A stretch of DNA of 32,000 bases from Edaphobacter aggregans (GTDB taxonomy: Bacteria; Acidobacteriota; Terriglobia; Terriglobales; Acidobacteriaceae). Below, one piece after another: positions 27,253-32,000 of the stretch. The DNA is taken from contig NZ_RSDW01000001.1 in assembly GCF_003945235.1 (NCBI RefSeq), positions 5,010,001 through 5,042,000 of the forward strand, written 5' to 3'. The notes below the pieces were generated by a model. That model saw nothing but the letters and a program-made list of their open reading frames with translations. It was not told the origin of the DNA and made no database searches. A program made the translations under genes and the position numbers. Numbering within the stretch: position 1 is the stretch's first letter; every line of letters starts with the position of its first letter.

Positions 27253-27925
27253 GGCTCTCCTTATCTATCGCACCGACAGAGACTCGGAGCGAACAGGGCC
27301 CTCCGCTTTCGTCACGAAACATAGCATTGCGGTCGATCCTTCCGGGGCCCCGTCTCTTGGCGCAGGATCCCCGATCCAGGAAGGAGACCTCCTCACGCTC
27401 TGTGCGCAACTACGCAGTGCGCTTCCGATCGAGTTTCTTCCCTCGAACGTGCTGGTCCGGTCGGAGGACTCCATTACGTGGTGGACGCCGGCATCCATGC
27501 GGCGGATGTTTTACGCGAAGGAAAAGAGCACCGAAGTTGCGCAGTTGTCGGGAAAGAGGTTTCCTCAGCCGCCGTTGGTCTTTCGCGCGCGCAAGCGTCT
27601 TCTCGAAGTCCGTGCACTCTTGCGGGACGAACGACCGAACCAACAGACGGCTCTCTACCGCGCGCCATACTGGAACGTAAACGACGACGGCGATGTGTGT
27701 CTCGGCACCGCACGTGTGCCTTCACAGGCGACTGTCGATTCGCTGCCGAGGTGGGAGAGCGCGTTCTTTGAAAGTGAGTTCACTCATCCCAATGCTTCAA
27801 AGAAACTGACCGAATATCCCGGCGGCTTCGTCGGACTGTGGAGATCGCTCGCCGAAAAACGACGATTTCCTGCAGAGTTTCTTGCCGCCGCCAACCAAAC
27901 TCTCCATCAGTTCATCACCTCGTAA
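27203..27925 (+). CDS. PRTRC system protein B-like (prokaryotic E2/UBC-like)
   Basis: ALLIY ... WWTPASMRRMFY ... PPLVFRA ... LYRAPYWNVNDDGDVCLG (Cys codon at 27698-27700) ... WESAFFESEFTHPN ... GGFVGLW. There is no ATG after the upstream stop. The TTG at 27203 is preceded by AAAGGAG. Confidence 0.7.
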   Translation: MQAQISLSSTKSFELREALLIYRTDRDSERTGPSAFVTKHSIAVDPSGAPSLGAGSPIQEGDLLTLCAQLRSALPIEFLPSNVLVRSEDSITWWTPASMRRMFYAKEKSTEVAQLSGKRFPQPPLVFRARKRLLEVRALLRDERPNQQTALYRAPYWNVNDDGDVCLGTARVPSQATVDSLPRWESAFFESEFTHPNASKKLTEYPGGFVGLWRSLAEKRRFPAEFLAAANQTLHQFITS

Positions 27926-27970
27926 GCGCAGCGGACCATCGCGAGCTCTTATCTGCCGGGAGGCTCGTCG

Positions 27971-28783
27971 ATGAAGATTGTCCACACGCTATCGAATCTA
28001 GATAGTCCATACCGGCGCGCGCTCCGCGTTCTTCTTATCGGCTCGGGAGGAAACGGCAGCGCAGTCCTCTTTGGACTGCCATACCTGCACCGCGCGCTCG
28101 AGGCGTGGGGCAGGCCAGAAGGCATCGACGTGACGGTCATGGATGGCGATGTCGTGTCACCTACCAACTGCGTGCGGCAGCCCTTCGGTGCCGCCGACGT
28201 GGGGCACAACAAGGCCACCATCCTGGTCAATCGAGTCAACATCTTTCATGGGCTCGCGTGGCGCTCGGAGGAGTGCTTCTTTTCGCAGCACACCGGAAAC
28301 CCGGGCACGGCCTACGACAGCACCATCGATTTCGTGATCAGCTGCGTGGACACCCGGGCTGCGCGTCGAGAGATGCATGAAGCCTTCCAATCCTGCTCAG
28401 GCCCCTGGCGTAATCTGCGCTACTGGCTCGACTTGGGGAATAACGAAAGCAATGGGCAGTTTGTTCTGGGCCAGCCTCTGAATGACATCAACCGCCGGAG
28501 CCGAACCCGGTTGCGAACCGTGACCGAACTCTTTCCCTCGATCATGGATATCTCGCAAGGCGAAGGGCCATTGCCCAATTGCTCTGCTGCCGAGGCCCTT
28601 TCGCGCCAGGAACCATTCATCAACAGCGTCCTGGCTGCCAGTGCTTTGGCCATGCTCACCCGGCTCCTTCGCTATGGCAGCCTCAACCATCATGGTGCGT
28701 TCTACAACGCGGAACCAGGACGTACAACCCCGATTCCGATTGATCCCGAAGCGTGGAACAAACAAGTGAAGTTACAACGATAA
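27971..28783 (+). CDS. PRTRC-type ThiF/E1-like adenylyltransferase
   Basis: Rossmann motif GSGGNG at 28040-28057. MDGDVVSPTNCVRQPF is an E1-type D.D.V...N..RQ motif. 270 aa. GGGAGG RBS. Confidence 0.85.
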   Translation: MKIVHTLSNLDSPYRRALRVLLIGSGGNGSAVLFGLPYLHRALEAWGRPEGIDVTVMDGDVVSPTNCVRQPFGAADVGHNKATILVNRVNIFHGLAWRSEECFFSQHTGNPGTAYDSTIDFVISCVDTRAARREMHEAFQSCSGPWRNLRYWLDLGNNESNGQFVLGQPLNDINRRSRTRLRTVTELFPSIMDISQGEGPLPNCSAAEALSRQEPFINSVLAASALAMLTRLLRYGSLNHHGAFYNAEPGRTTPIPIDPEAWNKQVKLQR

Positions 28784-28826
28784 TTTGGTCATAACGGCCA
28801 GCTTATGTTCCGTGCGATTGCATTTT

Positions 28827-29438
28827 TCAAAAAACGAGGGGCAGAATATAGTTGCCGCTGGTCGGGCCTCCTTGAGGTGCCTCGAGTGGTGTAGAGGCAC
28901 CGGCGGTGCTTGCTACATCGGTGTGCACACCACCCGCCGCACAGACACCGTTCGTCGGCTGCCCATTAAACCATAGACTGAAGCACTTCGAACAGAAACG
29001 CCAATTATCTTGCGTTGATTGAATATTTTTCCCAGTATGAATGAAGGGTAGAATATAGTTGCCGCTGGTCGGGCCTCCTTGAGGTGTCTCGGGTGGTGTA
29101 GAGGCACCAGCGTTGCTTTCTCGATCGGTGTGCACACCACCCGCCGCACAGACACCGTTCGTCGGCTGCCCATTAAACCATAGACTGAAGCACTTCGAAC
29201 AGAAACGCCAATTATCTTGTGTTGATTGCGTATTTGTCCCAGTATGAATGAAGGGTAGAATATAGTTGCCGCTGGTCGGGCCTCCTTGAGGTGTCTCGGG
29301 TGGTGTAGAGGCACCAGCGTTGCTTTCTCGATCGGTGTGCTCACCACCCGCCGCACAGACACCGTTCGTCGGCTGCCCATTAAACCATAGACTGAAGCAC
29401 TTCGAACAGAAACGCCAATCAGCTTGCGTAGATGCCAT
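28827..29438 (-). CDS. three-repeat Cys-rich protein (69-aa module x3), unknown family, no signal peptide
   Basis: AAGAGGAAA RBS. Each module reads WRFCSKCFSLWFNGQPTNGVCAAGG.H...GGPTSGNYILP. Confidence 0.75.
   Translation of the reverse strand: MASTQADWRFCSKCFSLWFNGQPTNGVCAAGGEHTDRESNAGASTPPETPQGGPTSGNYILPFIHTGTNTQSTQDNWRFCSKCFSLWFNGQPTNGVCAAGGVHTDRESNAGASTPPETPQGGPTSGNYILPFIHTGKNIQSTQDNWRFCSKCFSLWFNGQPTNGVCAAGGVHTDVASTAGASTPLEAPQGGPTSGNYILPLVF
28835..29420. repeat. three tandem 207-bp DNA repeats (coding)
   Basis: GAATATAGTT recurs at 28844, 29051 and 29258. Copies 2 and 3 differ at one position over their first ~162 nt by manual comparison. Copy 1 is slightly more diverged. Confidence 0.9.
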
Positions 29439-29648
29439 ACAGTTTCCTCTTTCTTAGGTGTGGATTTATACACAGGTGGTTCTCATCTCGTCGAAAATAA
29501 CTAAAACATCCGCGACGGTATAGTAAAAACGCGACATTCCGTAAAAAATATGAGAGGATTATGCCTCCCGGCATTTACGGCCTCGTCACAATTTAAGAAG
29601 AGTTCTGCGTTACGCCTGACGCTCGGATAAACCGATTCCAGCAAAGGC

Positions 29649-29700
29649 CATTATCCTTCGTTGCGCAAGAGTTATAGGGATTTGAGGGCAACTCTCCGTG
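29649..29700 (+). promoter_or_regulatory. araC-family gene leader, copy A of a duplicated ~52-nt element
   Basis: CATTATCCTTCGTTGCGCAAGAGTTATAGGGATTTGAGGGCAACTCTCCGTG, ending in the GTG start. It is similar to 30607-30658. Confidence 0.5.
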
Positions 29701-30558
29701 CATGAGACCCACTTAGCTTCTCCTCGCCTTGAACTGAAGGCCTACGTTCGTGCCTTTGCGCAGCGAAAGCTGGAGGATGGCAGTACTGAACTTGTCGAGC
29801 CGGCGCCGGCGTATCTAGAGCAAATATTGGACCTTGAATTCGGCGTCCGCCCTGTTGCAGAATTGGGAAACGCCAGCCGATTCACGCATAATCGACTTAC
29901 CCTGGTTGGGCCAAGTGCTTATCGCCCGTTCAATCTGCATCTCTATGGCGGGGTGGAGTCTTTCGCGATCTTCTTCCAGCCCCTGGCTTTTGGGCAACTC
30001 TTTCGATTGCCTTTAGGTCCTTTCGTCAATCAACACCACGACGCATATGCTGTGTTGGGCGCCGAAGCTGATCAACTGTGGAACAGGATGGCCGAGACCC
30101 CCACCTTCGCCGAGCGAGTCAAGGTTGCAGAGGCATATCTGCTCCAGAAGGCATTGAACGCTGAACGAAATACCTCAATCATGAATGCGGCGCGTTATAT
30201 GTTCAGAGCGAAGGGTGCGGTGCGGTTGAATGAGGTTGCGAGTCAGCTGTCCCTGGGACTTCGGCAGTTCGAACGCAATTTCCTCGGTGAAATTGGTCTG
30301 AGCCCGAAGCTATATTCGCGAGTAGCGCGATTCCAGGCTGCGCTTGATACGAGAATCCATCGGCAGGATACCCGCTGGGCCCACCTCGCGAATGAGTTTG
30401 GATACCACGATCAGATGCACATGATCAAAGACTTTCAAAAACTCAGCGGGTTGACTCCAGAACGCCTTCTCTCGCTGATCGGCGACATGCGTCCTCCAGC
30501 GCTGACCGACACGGTTGGTGAAAGTCAAAGCCTGACTCGATTAAGGCCAAGGCAATGA
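29698..30558 (+). CDS. AraC-family transcriptional regulator
   Basis: C-terminal double HTH: LSLGLRQFERNFLGEIGLSPKLYSRVARFQAAL ... FGYHDQMHMIKDFQKLSGLTPERL. GTG start. Confidence 0.8.
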   Translation: MHETHLASPRLELKAYVRAFAQRKLEDGSTELVEPAPAYLEQILDLEFGVRPVAELGNASRFTHNRLTLVGPSAYRPFNLHLYGGVESFAIFFQPLAFGQLFRLPLGPFVNQHHDAYAVLGAEADQLWNRMAETPTFAERVKVAEAYLLQKALNAERNTSIMNAARYMFRAKGAVRLNEVASQLSLGLRQFERNFLGEIGLSPKLYSRVARFQAALDTRIHRQDTRWAHLANEFGYHDQMHMIKDFQKLSGLTPERLLSLIGDMRPPALTDTVGESQSLTRLRPRQ

Positions 30559-30606
30559 CTATCATCGCCTTATCACTCATTGACCGGGACTTACGCCCAG
30601 ACCGAG

Positions 30607-30658
30607 CATTTATCTTTCGTTGGCGCAAGACTTTTAGGTGTTTGATGCTGCTCTCGTG
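30607..30658 (+). repeat. copy B of the araC leader element
   Basis: CATTTATCTTTCGTTGGCGCAAGACTTTTAGGTGTTTGATGCTGCTCTCGTG. About 42 of ~54 aligned columns match copy A by eye. It abuts the truncation point of the SRAP fragment. Confidence 0.5.
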
Positions 30659-30804
30659 TCTCGATCGCGGCGAATTACGGGCTGATGCGTCGTCGGGGCG
30701 ACGTTGTAGTCCCACGGAGCCAGGATAACGTCATCGCCATGCACGACGCGGAACGATTCAGCGATCTTCTGTTTGTCAGAGCGTCGGTAGTAGCGGCCAC
30801 ACAT
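30634..30804 (-). pseudogene. truncated SOS-response-associated peptidase (SRAP/YedK-like) 5' fragment
   Basis: MCGRYYRRSDKQKIAESFRVVHGDDVILAPWDYNVAPTTHQPVIRRDRDTR has the invariant MCGR start and the YNVAP motif of SRAP proteins. It stops after 56 codons, whereas full-length SRAP proteins are roughly 200+ aa. It falls below the ORF-track length cutoff. Confidence 0.6.
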
Positions 30805-30908
30805 GAATTATTTAGTGAAATCCGTCCGTAGAATTTGCAGCCTCTGATATACGAGGCTACTCCTCCGGCCAGCCTTCGATGGTCTCGACTGTAGTGTGGC
30901 ACTGAAGA

Positions 30909-32000
30909 TCAGGGCAGGAGTAGCCCGGCGGCCGTGCCTGGGAAGGCGCGAATCCATTGGCCGAAGAATGGATCTTCGAACCGAAGCCTCATCCCCCCCT
31001 CGTGCTCCTCTTCGCGGACAACGTCCTTCTCGATCAGAGCGCTGACCGATCTCTGGACGGTCGACGCACCTTTGCCGATGAACTGTGAGACCTTTTGTGA
31101 CTGTAAACGCGCACCTTGTTCGTTGATGATGGCAAGCAAGGTCTTCTGCTGAATGGCGGTGAGGGCTGCCCAGATCTGGGTATAAAACGGATCGTACTGC
31201 CTGGCAATGAGCAACATCGAACTGGTCACAACTTCGGTCGTCAGGGCCACGCTCTCGGAGGACGATCTGCCCCGCAATTGGTCCCAACACGTGTGAGCCA
31301 AAAGCTGGACGTTGTAAGGAACATCCTCGGCAAATTGGAGGATGCTGGTAATCGCTGCGGGATCGTCAACCGCGAACCCACTTCGCCGGAACTTATCTGT
31401 CAGGAACTTCTCAAAATCAATTCGCGGAATCGGGCCAATAAACCGGATCGTTCCGAGGCGATAGAAGGGCCTCGTGGCGTCCATCGTCATGTCGGTGAGC
31501 ATCCGGGTCTTGGAGCCCGCGAAGACATATCCGACATGCTTGTGGCGTTGGATAGCGGCCCTTATCTGGGACTCAGCCTGTCGGCCGCCGATCTCAATGA
31601 GGCGCTGGAATTCGTCGATGATGAGCCCAACGGCGCGTGTCTTGGGTTGTTCGCTTGCGAGTGCTTCCAGGCCATTCAAAGCCTCGATCAGGAGACTGAC
31701 ATGTTCTTCGCTCCTGGAGGCGACGTTCACCCCCAACTTTGCGGTCCAGGCATCCTGCGTGACGCTGAAACTGAGCTCAGGCCGGAGCTTTGAGAAGAAC
31801 TTTGTGATCTGCTCACCCACCCGTTCCACCTTTCCTTTGAGGTTCTTCGCGGCGGCAGCGATCAGTGCGGCGACCAGCAGGTCGAGAGACGGGAAGCTCT
31901 CCGCGTCGAACCTGAGGATGACGGCATTCTTGCCGGCGAGCCGGTCTTCCGCAGTCTTCAGGATGGAGGTCTTGCCGTATCTGCGGGGCCCGATGAGAAA
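30909..32000 (-). CDS. AAA+ ATPase (archaeal-ATPase / ORC-like family) with a C-terminal winged-helix-like region; 5' end lies outside the window
   Basis: The frame stays open past the track's start to the window edge. Walker A GPRRYGKT is encoded at 31968-31991 and Walker B is LIIDEFQ. The C-terminal part reads QQKTLLAIINE...STVQRSVSALIEKDVV. Confidence 0.75.
   Translation of the reverse strand, partial: FLIGPRRYGKTSILKTAEDRLAGKNAVILRFDAESFPSLDLLVAALIAAAAKNLKGKVERVGEQITKFFSKLRPELSFSVTQDAWTAKLGVNVASRSEEHVSLLIEALNGLEALASEQPKTRAVGLIIDEFQRLIEIGGRQAESQIRAAIQRHKHVGYVFAGSKTRMLTDMTMDATRPFYRLGTIRFIGPIPRIDFEKFLTDKFRRSGFAVDDPAAITSILQFAEDVPYNVQLLAHTCWDQLRGRSSSESVALTTEVVTSSMLLIARQYDPFYTQIWAALTAIQQKTLLAIINEQGARLQSQKVSQFIGKGASTVQRSVSALIEKDVVREEEHEGGMRLRFEDPFFGQWIRAFPGTAAGLLLP

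Noticed and set aside
28835-29420. Tandem repeats considered as a possible CRISPR array
   Set aside because: The 207-bp units are contiguous with no spacers. They are in frame and encode one continuous protein with an RBS.

Overview
This is a mosaic, accessory-rich 32-kb stretch of a moderately GC-rich bacterial chromosome. The gene style looks Acidobacteriota-like, but that is unverified. All family calls come from motif recognition by eye, with no database search.

Left third: a prophage remnant (Siphovirus Gp157-like gene plus decayed ORFs), then a tightly coupled four-gene operon. The operon encodes a PLD(HKD)-nuclease/SNF2-helicase fusion, a large gamma-class N6-adenine methyltransferase, and two proteins (182 aa and 370 aa) I cannot assign. 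A stand-alone HEPN-like (Rx4H) protein follows. This looks like a defence island. The helicase-methylase pair resembles a split Type ISP system or the front half of DISARM, with novel tail genes.

Middle: nrdJ (class II ribonucleotide reductase), then a membrane-anchored protein built from internal repeats, then recJ. The first ~430 bp of recJ are duplicated (117/131 aa identical) on either side of a 1.9-kb insertion. The insertion carries two multi-TM proteins and a recurring AGCCATCCTAAA boundary motif.

Right third: an ECF-like sigma/anti-sigma pair and an excisionase-type HTH protein. Next is a Cas4-like nuclease split into two translationally coupled, membrane-anchored halves. It faces, divergently, a PRTRC-type ubiquitin-like cassette: protein E, Ubl protein C, an F-position protein, E2-like protein B and a ThiF/E1. 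No ParB or JAB partner is visible. After that come a gene made of three 207-bp tandem repeats encoding a Cys-rich module, an AraC regulator flanked by a duplicated leader, a truncated SRAP gene and a partial AAA+ ATPase.

I recognised no rRNA, tRNA, CRISPR array, integrase or transposase. The best candidates for an undescribed system are the four-gene helicase/methylase operon (1667-10047) and the split-Cas4 plus reduced PRTRC locus (24314-28783).
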